Origin: an uncultured bacterium | Lineage (GTDB): Bacteria > Actinomycetota > Actinomycetes > S36-B12 | Assembly (NCBI GenBank): GCA_963793105.1 | Contig: CAWBZB010000003.1 | Coordinates: 74,770 to 138,769 of the forward strand | Reading direction: 5' to 3' | DNA length: 64,000 bases | In this document: piece after piece, positions 1 to 8,649 of the stretch | How positions within the stretch are numbered: the stretch's first letter is position 1 | Layout of the letters: every line of letters starts with the position of its first letter | Translations under genes and position numbers: made by a program | Notes under the pieces: model-generated | The model's database searches: none | The model's input: the letters and a program-made list of their open reading frames with translations, nothing else | Told to the model about the DNA's origin: nothing

Positions 1-877
1 GCTCGTACCTCTCCTTTCCCGCCACGCCCACCCGTTGGCGGAGCATCCCGTAGTGCTCGAGGTAGTTGACCGCCTCGAGAAGGGTGATGCCGACGAGCGC
101 CTGGACGACGAGGTAGGGAAGGACGACCGGACCGAGCCACACCACCATCGCGATCCACAGGACGACGGAGAGCAGCCAGGCGTTCACGACGTCGTTGTCG
201 AGCCGGAAGGGACGCCGGCCACGCAGGTGGAGCCGACGCGACTCCAGCCGCCACGCGCTCGCCACCGAGCCGAGCACGGTGCGGGGCCAGAACGCGTAGA
301 AGCTCTCCGCCACCCGGCTGCTGGCGGGGTCTTCGGGGGTGGCGACGCGGACGTGGTGACCGCGGTTGTGCTCGATGTAGAAGTGGCCGTAGAAGCTCTG
401 CGCCAACGCGATCTTGGACAGCCACCGCTCGTGACTCTCGCGCTTGTGCCCGAGTTCGTGAGCGGTGTTGATACCGAGCCCGGCGATGAAGCCGACCGTG
501 ACCGCGAGACCGATCCGGTCCGCGACGGGCACGTCGCCGGTGGCGATGAACCAGAACGCGGCGGCGAAGCCCGCGTACTGGACCGGCAGGAACAGGAAGG
601 TCAGCCAGCGGTAGTAGCGATCGTTCTCGAGATCGGCGATGACCTCATCCGGAGGATTCGACCGGTCCAGGCCGGCGAGCACATCGACGACCGGGACGAC
701 CCCGAGGATGACGAGCGGACCCAGCCAGAACCACACGCTCCATCCGGTCAGGGAGAACAGGCCGAGGGCGGCGAAGGGCAGCGCCGGCATCACAAGGGCC
801 ACGAGCCACAGGTATCGCTTGCGGTCACGCCACCGCGGGCGTTCGGGGGTCTGCAGAGGATGTCCGCGCTCCGTCAC
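1..877 (-). CDS. alkB: alkane 1-monooxygenase (AlkB-type integral-membrane hydroxylase), C-terminal end beyond left edge
   Basis: Not in the ORF track because there is no stop inside the window. Manual minus-strand translation from GTG at 877-875 (GAAGGGG RBS-like motif about 6 nt upstream) gives VTERGHPLQTPERPRWRDRKRYLW... It carries the His boxes HELGHK and EHNRGHH plus NYLEHYG, typical of AlkB. The plus-strand ORF 35..913 is its antisense shadow. Confidence 0.85.
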   Translation of the reverse strand, partial: MTERGHPLQTPERPRWRDRKRYLWLVALVMPALPFAALGLFSLTGWSVWFWLGPLVILGVVPVVDVLAGLDRSNPPDEVIADLENDRYYRWLTFLFLPVQYAGFAAAFWFIATGDVPVADRIGLAVTVGFIAGLGINTAHELGHKRESHERWLSKIALAQSFYGHFYIEHNRGHHVRVATPEDPASSRVAESFYAFWPRTVLGSVASAWRLESRRLHLRGRRPFRLDNDVVNAWLLSVVLWIAMVVWLGPVVLPYLVVQALVGITLLEAVNYLEHYGMLRQRVGVAGKERYE

Positions 878-959
878 TGTCGCCCCTTCGCCGTCGTGGT
901 TTACAGACGATAGGCGAATGTAAAGCCTGCGACAAGGTTCGGCGCCGAGTACGTCCGGC

Positions 960-2171
960 TCAGCCGGGCAGCGGCAGCCAGCTGACCGGCGAACCCGCCG
1001 GAGTGACCCCCTCGGGCGCCACGGCGAACCCCGTCGACTGGGCCAGGCCGCGCAGCATCGCGGAGCCGCCGTACGGCGAGAGCTCGAAGACGCCATCGAC
1101 GACGTTCCCGGCGATCAGTCGCGTATGACCGGCCGGAGCTCGCAGTTCGTCGGCACTCGGCACCTGCCGAAGCAGGCTCGCTGGCCTCCCCAGCATCGAG
1201 TCCACGATCGGCCGGGCGAGGGTCATGAGGCCGACGATCGCGGAGTGCGGGTTCCCGGGCAGCCCGACGATGGGCACCCCTGCGCCCTCGCCGTCGGGAA
1301 GGCAGGCCAGCAGCATCGGATGCCCCGGGCGGACGGCCACCCGGTCGACGATCAGCTCTCCCCCGGCCGCCCGGATCGCCGCGTGCACGTGGTCGCGCGG
1401 ACCAGCAGCCGTACCGCCCGTGGTGATCACGAGGTCGACGGACGCCGCCGCCGAGGTGAACGCCTGCACCACCGACTCGAGCTGGTCCGCCACGTGCTCA
1501 CGCGAAACCACCTCGGCCCCCAGGCCGGCCAGCCACCGAGGCAGCTGGGGGCCCAGGGAGTCACGCACCCGCCCGTCGCTCGGGATGCCGGATCGGAGCA
1601 ACTCGTCTCCCAGCAGCAGCAGCGTGACCCTGGGGCGCCGGACGACCGGCACGACGTCGTGCCCGGTCGCGGCCAGGAAGCCGGCCAGGGCGGGACCGAC
1701 CTCGGTCCCGGCCGGCGCGATGAGATCGCCGACACGACACTCCTCACCCGCCGCTCGGATGTCGGCTCCACGCACCACGGAGCCACGGATCTCGCCGGCC
1801 GCCACGTCGGCGTCCTCCCATCGCAGCACGGCATCTGCCCCGGCCGGGATCACCGCTCCCGTCGCGATCCGCGCGCCGGTGCCCGGCAGGAGCGCCTCGC
1901 GCAGTGGGGCCCCGGCCGCGACATCGCCGACGATCCGCCAAGGACCCGGGCCGGCGACCACCCAGCCATCCATCGCCGAGGTGTCGAAGCTGGGCAGGTC
2001 GCACGCCGCTGTGCAGTCACGCGCCAGGACCCGCCCCGCAGCCTCGTCCACGGGAACGTCCTCCTGACCGAGCACGGTCGCGACCGAGCCGGCCGCGTCA
2101 CGCGCAGCCCACCAGTCCGCCTCCACGCGAGCCGTGGACGCGCGATCGGCCATGCCGTCCTCCCGGCTCAT
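960..2171 (-). CDS. moeA: molybdopterin molybdenumtransferase MoeA
   Basis: 403-aa ORF with MoeA-like motifs (SAMDGWVV, TTGGTAAGPRDH, GLPGNPHSA). It is the last gene of the co-directional block containing the molybdoenzyme. Confidence 0.85.
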   Translation of the reverse strand: MSREDGMADRASTARVEADWWAARDAAGSVATVLGQEDVPVDEAAGRVLARDCTAACDLPSFDTSAMDGWVVAGPGPWRIVGDVAAGAPLREALLPGTGARIATGAVIPAGADAVLRWEDADVAAGEIRGSVVRGADIRAAGEECRVGDLIAPAGTEVGPALAGFLAATGHDVVPVVRRPRVTLLLLGDELLRSGIPSDGRVRDSLGPQLPRWLAGLGAEVVSREHVADQLESVVQAFTSAAASVDLVITTGGTAAGPRDHVHAAIRAAGGELIVDRVAVRPGHPMLLACLPDGEGAGVPIVGLPGNPHSAIVGLMTLARPIVDSMLGRPASLLRQVPSADELRAPAGHTRLIAGNVVDGVFELSPYGGSAMLRGLAQSTGFAVAPEGVTPAGSPVSWLPLPG

Positions 2172-2204
2172 GCGTACCGCTCGGCGCGGCTCGCCACTCG
2201 GAGG

Positions 2205-3164
2205 CTACTGTTTCGACGCGGATGCGTCCTCGGGCTGCCCCGCATCGGCACCGGACGTATCGAAGTCCGCCACCTCCATCTTCGCCGGCCAGCGGATGAG
2301 GACGATGATCCCCACGATCACGAGGACGATCCCGGCGATGGTCTCGACCATCTGGATGGCAGATCCCTGCGCGAAGTCGATGATGCTGCCCCCGACCTCC
2401 TGGAACAGGATGAAGGCGGCCATCACGAGGACGAACCAGCCGAAGCCCTTGCGGAGCCGGTCCGGATGGATGCGGCCCGACAGGACGGCGCCGATCACCG
2501 ACCCGATCACCGCCATGGCTGTCACCACGAGCGTGATCGACCAGTCGAACTGGGTCTCCGGGTTCCACGCCACCTGGCCGCCGCTGAACGTCAGCGCGTA
2601 GCCGAGGAATCCGGCCGTCGACTTCATCATCACGACGAGCAGCGACGTTCCCACCGCGATCTGCATGGGCAGGCCGCCGAGGAGCACCAGCGCAGGAACG
2701 ACCAGGAACCCGCCGCCCGCGCCGACCAGTCCCGTCACCAGGCCGACCACGAAGCCGTCGAGGAGGATCCGGAAGAGCGGCAGTCCCGTGTGGGCCTTGC
2801 CCTGCACCTGCTTGCGGCCTCGGATCATGGCAATCGCGGTGACCGCCATCATCACCGCGAAGGCCGCCAGCAGCACCGCCCCCGGCAGAAGGGCTCCGAT
2901 CTGGCCGCCGGCGAACGCACCTGCCATTCCCGCCGCCCCGAAGATCAGGCCGGTGCGCCAGCGCACGCGCCCTGAGCGGGCGTGGTGGATGAGGCCGAAG
3001 GCCGACGTGACCGCGACGACGAACAGGCTCGCGGCGATGGCCTGCTTCGGGTCGAAGCCGACCACGTACACCAGCAGCGGCGTGGTGAGGATCGAGCCGC
3101 CGCCGCCGAGCAGTCCGACGGCCATGCCGATGAAGATCGCGAGGAACGCGGCCAGAGCCGTCAT
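2205..3164 (-). CDS. TauE/SafE family sulfite/organosulfonate exporter-like membrane protein
   Basis: 319-aa polytopic, Gly-rich membrane protein with two similar halves, as in the TauE/SafE (DUF81) family. Its start lies 41 nt downstream of the molybdoenzyme stop on the same strand. Confidence 0.8.
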   Translation of the reverse strand: MTALAAFLAIFIGMAVGLLGGGGSILTTPLLVYVVGFDPKQAIAASLFVVAVTSAFGLIHHARSGRVRWRTGLIFGAAGMAGAFAGGQIGALLPGAVLLAAFAVMMAVTAIAMIRGRKQVQGKAHTGLPLFRILLDGFVVGLVTGLVGAGGGFLVVPALVLLGGLPMQIAVGTSLLVVMMKSTAGFLGYALTFSGGQVAWNPETQFDWSITLVVTAMAVIGSVIGAVLSGRIHPDRLRKGFGWFVLVMAAFILFQEVGGSIIDFAQGSAIQMVETIAGIVLVIVGIIVLIRWPAKMEVADFDTSGADAGQPEDASASKQ

Positions 3165-3204
3165 GGGACGAGACCCTCCTCCTCAGTGCCGGCGAGCAAA
3201 GCCG

Positions 3205-6105
3205 TCACTCGGCACCCTCCTGATTGACGTAGTAGGCCTTGAGTTGCGGCATGACCGGCCGCATCATGAACATCGGCCTTCTCAGGCCCTCCGCGTTCGG
3301 CCCGGGACGGGTCTTCGCGAGCCACTCGCGGTACACCTCGCGCGACTTGGCCGTGTCCACCACGACGTCGCCGTACTTGTCCTCGTCGTGAGCCTTCTCC
3401 ACGGTCACCTTCTGGTGCCAGCAGTGCATGCCCGACCAGGTGTCCGGGTGCACCGCGAAGGCCAGGTTCTGGTGCACGCCCGGGTCCTCCCAGGTGATGC
3501 GCATCGAGTCGGGGTCGCCGCTCGCGAAGGGCCGCACGCCCTCCTTGTACCGAAGGCGCCAGCGACCGTCCTCGAGGCGCCCGACATCGACCTTCCCCGA
3601 GACCCAGCGGCTCCCAGCATCATCCGTGGTGCGCCAACGGCCCATGTGGTGCGAGAGGGCGATGACGCCTGGCTTGATCCCCTCGGTTGCCCAGATCCGG
3701 GCGACGAAGTAGCCGATCTCGGTGCTGACCCGGATCATGTCCCCGGTAGCGAGCCCGAACCGATCGGCATCGACCTTGTTCATCCACACCGGGTGCTTGT
3801 TGCTGATCTCGTTGAGGTACTTGGCGTTTCCGGACCTCGTATGGATCAGCGTCGGCAGCCGGAACGTCGGCACCAGCGCCATCTCCCCCTTGGACGAGTC
3901 GATGGACCGGGCGGAGACGTGCGACTCGATGTAGCAGGGAGTCGCGTACTCCGGCCAGCCGAAGTCCGCCATCGCCGGCGAGTAGAGCTCGAGCTTCCGC
4001 GAGGCGGTGAGCCAGCCCGCCACCTCGGAGCCGTCCTCGAGGACGACGCCGACCGCTCCCGCCTCGCCGACGAGGGGCTTCTGCGTCTCCGGGGTGACGG
4101 GCTTGCGCAGCACGCCGTTCTCGTCCGGCTCGGCCCCCTCCCGCTCAGCAGGGGTGAGCGGACGCTCGTCCTGCCGGTAGAGGTCATTGACGATCTCCAC
4201 GGCGCCGTACTTGCGCATGTACTCCAGGGGCGACAGGCCCTCCTTGGCCGCCTTCTCCGGCAGCCCGGGCACGTTGTTGTCGAAGATGTACCCGAAGTAC
4301 TCGTCGACAGTCACCTTGCTGCCCGGCTGACCCGGCGTCTCGAAGTACTTGCGGATCCCGAGGGAGCCGTCCGGGTCGATGCGCCAGGACAGCTCGATCC
4401 AGAACTCGACCTCCTCCCACACCTCGCCGGGATTCGCGTCGCGCGTGTCGGCGAACTTCTCGCCCAACTTCTCCAGGGCGACCCGGCGGACCGGCTGCCG
4501 GAAGCCGAGCCACTTGCCCGCGTACTGCTCGTACGACATGGTGTCGTGGCGCTCCGTGCTGTGGCCGAACGGGAGGATGTAGTCGGCGAAGATCGCCGTC
4601 TCGTTCCAGGTCGGCGTCATCGCGACATGGCAGCCCACGAGGTTCTCGTCCGAGAGCGCCTCGATCCAGGAGAACCCGTCCGGGTTGGTCCAGACCGGGT
4701 TGTAGACGCGGCTGAAGTAGGTGTCGATCTTGCCGCGACCCTCGAGGAGGAAGTGCGGCAGCAGGATGGAGAGCTCGTTCGTCGACATGGGGAACTCGCT
4801 CGGCCAGAGCAGTTCGTTCCAGGAGTCGTGACCCCCGGGCATGTTCGGGCCGTGGGGAATGAACTTGTTCCAGCCGTTGGGGCTGGTCCCGCCCTTCTGC
4901 CCGATGCTCCCGGTGAGCACGGTGAGGAAGAACAGTGCGCGTGCCACGGCCCAGCCGCCCAGGTTTCCGGCGCTGGCCGCGCGCCAGGTGTGCGCCGCGA
5001 GCTTGCCGTCGCAGCCGGCGACGATCTTCGCCACCTTCTCGATCTGCCTGGCGGGCACGCGGCACTCCTCGGCCGCGAAGTCGAAGGTGTACTTCTGGTA
5101 GTCCTCGGTCAGCGCCGTCTTGAATGCGTCGAAGTCGTCGGCAGCCTGGTCGGGGTGCAGCGCCTGCATGTACGTCTGCCAGTTCACCCACCGGCGGATG
5201 TAGTCCCAGGCGACGGCGTCGGTTCGCAGGAGGTAGGCGGCGATGGCGAGGAGCATGGCCGCCTCGCTGCCCGGCCACGGCGACACCCACACGTCCGCGT
5301 GCGAGGCGGTGTTCGACAGCCGCGGATCGACCACCACCAGCTTCGCCTTGCCATGCACCTTCGCGTCCATGATGCGCTGGGCATGCGGGTTGAAGTAGTG
5401 GCCCGACTCAAGATGCGCGGACAGCAGCAGGATGACCTTGGCGTTCTCGTGGTCCGGGGAGGGCCGGTCGTAGCCGCCCCAGATGGAGTAACCGAAGCGC
5501 GCGCCCGCCGAGCAGATGTTGGTGTGCGTGTTGTTGCCGTCGACGCCCCAGGTCAGCAGGACCCGCTCGATGAAGCCGTCCTCCCCGTGGCGCCCCACGT
5601 GGTACATGACCTCATTGCGCCGGTCCTCGATGATCGCGGTGCGGATCCGCCCGGCGATGTCGTCCATCGCGTCATCCCACGACACTCGCTCGAACTGCGC
5701 GCTGCCGCGTGGACCGCTGCGCTTGAGGGGGTACAGGATGCGCTCGGGGTCAGAGGTCTGGTTGATCGTGGCTGGGCCCTTGGCGCAGTTGCGTCCGCGC
5801 GAACCCGGATGTGCGGGGTTGCCCTCGACCTTCACGACCTCTTTGGTCTCCCGGTCGACGTACGCGAGCAGCCCGCACGCGGACTCGCAGTTGAAGCAGG
5901 TGGTGGGAACCAGCATGTAGTGCTTCTCGACCTTGCGGGGGTGTGCCTTCGCGTCGTACATGACGACGTCGTCCCAGGTGTCCACCGGCGGGTAGTTGGA
6001 CACCGTCTCGCGGACGCGCAGGCCGACATGCTCGGGTCGGTCGGCGCCCACGGACCCGGCTGACGGTCCGTGCGGCTCGGTAGCGGACCGATCGCGTGGC
6101 TTCAT
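3205..6105 (-). CDS. bis-MGD molybdopterin oxidoreductase catalytic subunit (Psr/Phs/Soe-like), no Tat signal
   Basis: 966-aa ORF. The N-terminal CFNCESACGLL...x27...NCAKG is the C-x2-C-x3-C-xn-C 4Fe-4S motif of MopB enzymes. AAGGGA lies 8 nt upstream of the ATG at 6105. No RRxF(L/K) twin-arginine motif occurs in the 55 residues before the Cys motif. Substrate is not determinable from sequence alone. Confidence 0.85.
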   Translation of the reverse strand: MKPRDRSATEPHGPSAGSVGADRPEHVGLRVRETVSNYPPVDTWDDVVMYDAKAHPRKVEKHYMLVPTTCFNCESACGLLAYVDRETKEVVKVEGNPAHPGSRGRNCAKGPATINQTSDPERILYPLKRSGPRGSAQFERVSWDDAMDDIAGRIRTAIIEDRRNEVMYHVGRHGEDGFIERVLLTWGVDGNNTHTNICSAGARFGYSIWGGYDRPSPDHENAKVILLLSAHLESGHYFNPHAQRIMDAKVHGKAKLVVVDPRLSNTASHADVWVSPWPGSEAAMLLAIAAYLLRTDAVAWDYIRRWVNWQTYMQALHPDQAADDFDAFKTALTEDYQKYTFDFAAEECRVPARQIEKVAKIVAGCDGKLAAHTWRAASAGNLGGWAVARALFFLTVLTGSIGQKGGTSPNGWNKFIPHGPNMPGGHDSWNELLWPSEFPMSTNELSILLPHFLLEGRGKIDTYFSRVYNPVWTNPDGFSWIEALSDENLVGCHVAMTPTWNETAIFADYILPFGHSTERHDTMSYEQYAGKWLGFRQPVRRVALEKLGEKFADTRDANPGEVWEEVEFWIELSWRIDPDGSLGIRKYFETPGQPGSKVTVDEYFGYIFDNNVPGLPEKAAKEGLSPLEYMRKYGAVEIVNDLYRQDERPLTPAEREGAEPDENGVLRKPVTPETQKPLVGEAGAVGVVLEDGSEVAGWLTASRKLELYSPAMADFGWPEYATPCYIESHVSARSIDSSKGEMALVPTFRLPTLIHTRSGNAKYLNEISNKHPVWMNKVDADRFGLATGDMIRVSTEIGYFVARIWATEGIKPGVIALSHHMGRWRTTDDAGSRWVSGKVDVGRLEDGRWRLRYKEGVRPFASGDPDSMRITWEDPGVHQNLAFAVHPDTWSGMHCWHQKVTVEKAHDEDKYGDVVVDTAKSREVYREWLAKTRPGPNAEGLRRPMFMMRPVMPQLKAYYVNQEGAE

Positions 6106-6160
6106 GTGTTTCGTCCCTTCTCGGACGTCGTGGTCGAGGGAGGTTCCGTGCCGTGCCGTG

Positions 6161-7684
6161 TCAGGAGAGCGGCGGATCCTGACCGGCCATCACGAAGGCC
6201 TTCTCATGCAGGTACAGCGCGGGCTGGACGATGAGGCCGGCGAGCGCCGCCACCAGGGCAGGAGCCCCGAACAGCACGGTGGCGGCCACGGCCGCCCCGA
6301 GGACCGACAGGGCCACGGAGCCACCCCAGAACATGCGTGCGTAGCGACCGTGGGTGATCGCGTGCGCGGCCACCTCCGCATTGCGCGTCGAGTGCTTGCC
6401 ACCGAACTCCACCGCCGTGATGAGCAGGTGCGCCACCACGCCGATGATCAGTGCCCACGACAGCCACTCAATGGTGCTGCGCGAAGGCTCGATCACGAGT
6501 GCCACGATCAGGAGGACTCCGGACCCGACCATCGCGGCCTGCGCCTGGAGGTGCCAGAACAGCACCGGCGACTGCCAGAGATCGCGACCCTCGGCCTGCC
6601 CGAAGAGGAAGGCGGTGTATCCGGCTGTCATCACGGCGGCCGGGACGGCGGGCCAGGCCAGCCAGTCGATCGCCGACTCCTGACCGAACACGCCGGCGAG
6701 GAACCACAGGCCCCCTACCGCGGCCATGATCCCCAGGAAGATCCCACCGATCGCGAGCCACGAGGTCCGGTTGATCTTGCGCGGATCGAGGAGGAACAGG
6801 AAGCGATCCGGACGCTTGAGATCCCAGATCAGGAGCACCGCCGTCACCAGCAGGAACAGTTCCGCGATGAATGGAGTGGCGATGGTCAGGAGTCCTGAGC
6901 GGTCGTCGGACGAGATGATGAGGAGTGCCCCGAGGAGGAGGGCGCCGGCCGCGATGGACTTCGTCCACAGGTAGGTCCAGACCTTCCAACCCCACGGTCG
7001 TGGGTGGGAGGTGTTGAGGGTGGTTCGAGCGTTGCTGACCGGGTCGCCGGGAAGCTCGGCTGCGGTCTCGAGGCGCAGGGGGTCCGCGTCCGCCCAGAGG
7101 TAGGTGCCATCCACGGGTGCGGAGAGCGGGTCGAGGACGGTCTGGTCCGCGCCCACGTAGAAGACGTTCGGCCGCGTGCCCTGCTCCGGTGTACGCACGT
7201 TCACCGGCGTGATGCTCAGGAACTTGCTGATCCCGCTCGTCGGATCATCGACGTCGCCCATCCAGATCGACTGAGTGGGGCACACCTGCACGCACGCAGG
7301 CTCGAGCCCGTTGTCGACGCGGTGTGCGCAGAAGTTGCACTTGGCCGCTGTGTGGGTGTTCTCATCGATGTAGATCGCGTCGTAGGGGCAGGCCTGCATG
7401 CACATCTTGCAGCCGATGCACTGCTCGTTGTCGAAGTCGACGATCCCGTCATCGCGCTTGAACAGAGCCGAGGTCGGGCAGGCCTTGACGCAGGGTGCGT
7501 CGGTGCAGTGGTTGCACCGCATGACGCCCATCTCGCGCGTGACGTCGGGGTACTCCCCCTTGTCCACATACTTGACCCAGGTTCGGAACTGACCTAGCGG
7601 GACGTCGTGCTCGGTCTTGCAGGCGACGGTGCAGGCATGGCAGCCGATACACGTCCGCTGGTCAATGGCGAAGCCATATTGCAC
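6161..7684 (-). CDS. fused 4Fe-4S ferredoxin (NrfC/PsrB/DmsB-like) and NrfD/PsrC-like 8-TM quinone-interacting membrane subunit
   Basis: 507-aa ORF. The first ~170 aa carry four Cys clusters (CIGCHACTVAC, CNHCTDAPC, CIGCKMCMQAC, CNFC...CVQVC). The rest has about 8 hydrophobic helices. There is no signal or Tat motif; the protein starts MQYGFAIDQRTC. Confidence 0.85.
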   Translation of the reverse strand: MQYGFAIDQRTCIGCHACTVACKTEHDVPLGQFRTWVKYVDKGEYPDVTREMGVMRCNHCTDAPCVKACPTSALFKRDDGIVDFDNEQCIGCKMCMQACPYDAIYIDENTHTAAKCNFCAHRVDNGLEPACVQVCPTQSIWMGDVDDPTSGISKFLSITPVNVRTPEQGTRPNVFYVGADQTVLDPLSAPVDGTYLWADADPLRLETAAELPGDPVSNARTTLNTSHPRPWGWKVWTYLWTKSIAAGALLLGALLIISSDDRSGLLTIATPFIAELFLLVTAVLLIWDLKRPDRFLFLLDPRKINRTSWLAIGGIFLGIMAAVGGLWFLAGVFGQESAIDWLAWPAVPAAVMTAGYTAFLFGQAEGRDLWQSPVLFWHLQAQAAMVGSGVLLIVALVIEPSRSTIEWLSWALIIGVVAHLLITAVEFGGKHSTRNAEVAAHAITHGRYARMFWGGSVALSVLGAAVAATVLFGAPALVAALAGLIVQPALYLHEKAFVMAGQDPPLS

Positions 7685-7688
7685 GGGA

Positions 7689-7919
7689 TCACTTCTTTCG
7701 GATGACGAAGCTCAGGACTCCCTGATCCTCAGACGACTCGACCAACTCGTTCCCAGTCTGGCTTGCCCACGCGGGGATGTCAGAGCGAGCGCCGTTGTCC
7801 GTCGCGTCGACGCGCATCAGCTGGCCCGACGTCAGCTCCTTGGCCGCCTTCGCCGCCATGAGGACGGGCATGGGGCAGTTCTGCCCGCGGGCGTCTACGA
7901 CCTTGTCGATGGTGTCCAT
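7689..7919 (-). CDS. tusA: TusA-like sulfur carrier protein
   Basis: The internal ATG at 7919 of ORF 7689..8024 gives a 76-aa protein, MDTIDKVVDARGQNCPMPVLMAAKA..., with the TusA CPxP active-site motif. The 35-codon upstream extension is Arg/Ser-rich and overlaps the dsrE-like gene's 3' end. Confidence 0.8.
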   Translation of the reverse strand: MDTIDKVVDARGQNCPMPVLMAAKAAKELTSGQLMRVDATDNGARSDIPAWASQTGNELVESSEDQGVLSFVIRKK

Positions 7920-7947
7920 GAAATCTCCCGAGCGTTGTTGTGAGCGG

Positions 7948-8448
7948 TCAGATGAAGAGGCTGATAGAGGACTTCGACATGCGGGCCAGCGCCGTCGCCG
8001 CGCCGATCGGCGGCCCGAGGCCATCGACCATCTGATCGGCCTCGATGCCGAGCAGGTCCATGGTCATCTGGCACGGCCACATCTGGACGCCCATCTCCTG
8101 GCCCATCGCGAACAGGTCCTCAGGGGTCATGAGGTTGTTCTTCTTCGCAACCTTGCGCATCATCCATCGGCCCATGCCGGCCATCTTCATCTTGGAAAGG
8201 TGCGCCTTCTTCATGCCCGGGGCGTTCATGCCCGCAAGCATCTTCGTCAGGGCGTCGTTGCCGGTGATGCGGACGTCGTCGCGCACCAGGGGGAACAGTC
8301 CCCAGAACGTGTAGAACACGGCGACGTCCATGCCATTCGCCGCCGCCGTGGAGCTCAGGATCATCGTCGGCCAGAGCTTGTCGAGGTCACCGCTGAAGGC
8401 GATGATCGTCATCATCTCGGGGTCTTTGCCCTGCTCGTTCTCAGTCAC
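7948..8448 (-). CDS. DsrE/DsrF-like sulfur-transfer family protein
   Basis: 166-aa ORF with a GTG start. DsrE/F-like fold signature (IIAFSGDLDK..., conserved Cys in MWPCQMT). First gene of the minus-strand operon. Confidence 0.75.
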   Translation of the reverse strand: MTENEQGKDPEMMTIIAFSGDLDKLWPTMILSSTAAANGMDVAVFYTFWGLFPLVRDDVRITGNDALTKMLAGMNAPGMKKAHLSKMKMAGMGRWMMRKVAKKNNLMTPEDLFAMGQEMGVQMWPCQMTMDLLGIEADQMVDGLGPPIGAATALARMSKSSISLFI

Positions 8449-8649
8449 TTCTGGCTCCCGCCTCGCTTGCCTTGCGCCGAAGGTATGGGTCCGACGCCGT
8501 CAGATCAAGCCCTTGGCCTGAATTGCCTCCGAATTCGGAATCAAGTTCAGAAAGTTCAGAAAACCGCTGTTCAAAAGGGGTATTGGCATATTAGCGTCTG
8601 CGCATATGTCGATTCAAGCAGACATTCTCATCCGTGTGAAGGAGGCGAC
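8449..8649. promoter_or_regulatory. divergent promoter/operator region between dsrE-like operon and rhodanese-MBL/arsR operon
   Basis: A 201-bp conspicuously AT-richer gap between divergent starts. It contains a perfect 12-bp palindrome TCCGAATTCGGA (8528-8539), a tandem 9-mer AAGTTCAGA x2 (8543-8560) and the inverted repeat GTCTGC...GCAGAC (about 8596-8623). A GGAGG RBS lies at 8641-8645. Confidence 0.5.

Noticed and set aside
2665-6063. 1,132-aa plus-strand ORF, the second longest in the track
   Set aside because: It is the antisense shadow of the 966-aa molybdoenzyme gene and the TauE gene. The translation is Arg/Pro/Gly/His-rich with no recognisable motifs, as expected for open antisense frames in high-GC DNA. 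The same reasoning rejects ORFs 35..913, 1125..2975, 17766..19673, 24547..26598, 35122..36645, 38725..39906, 41607..42872, 47286..48824 and 52418..54763.
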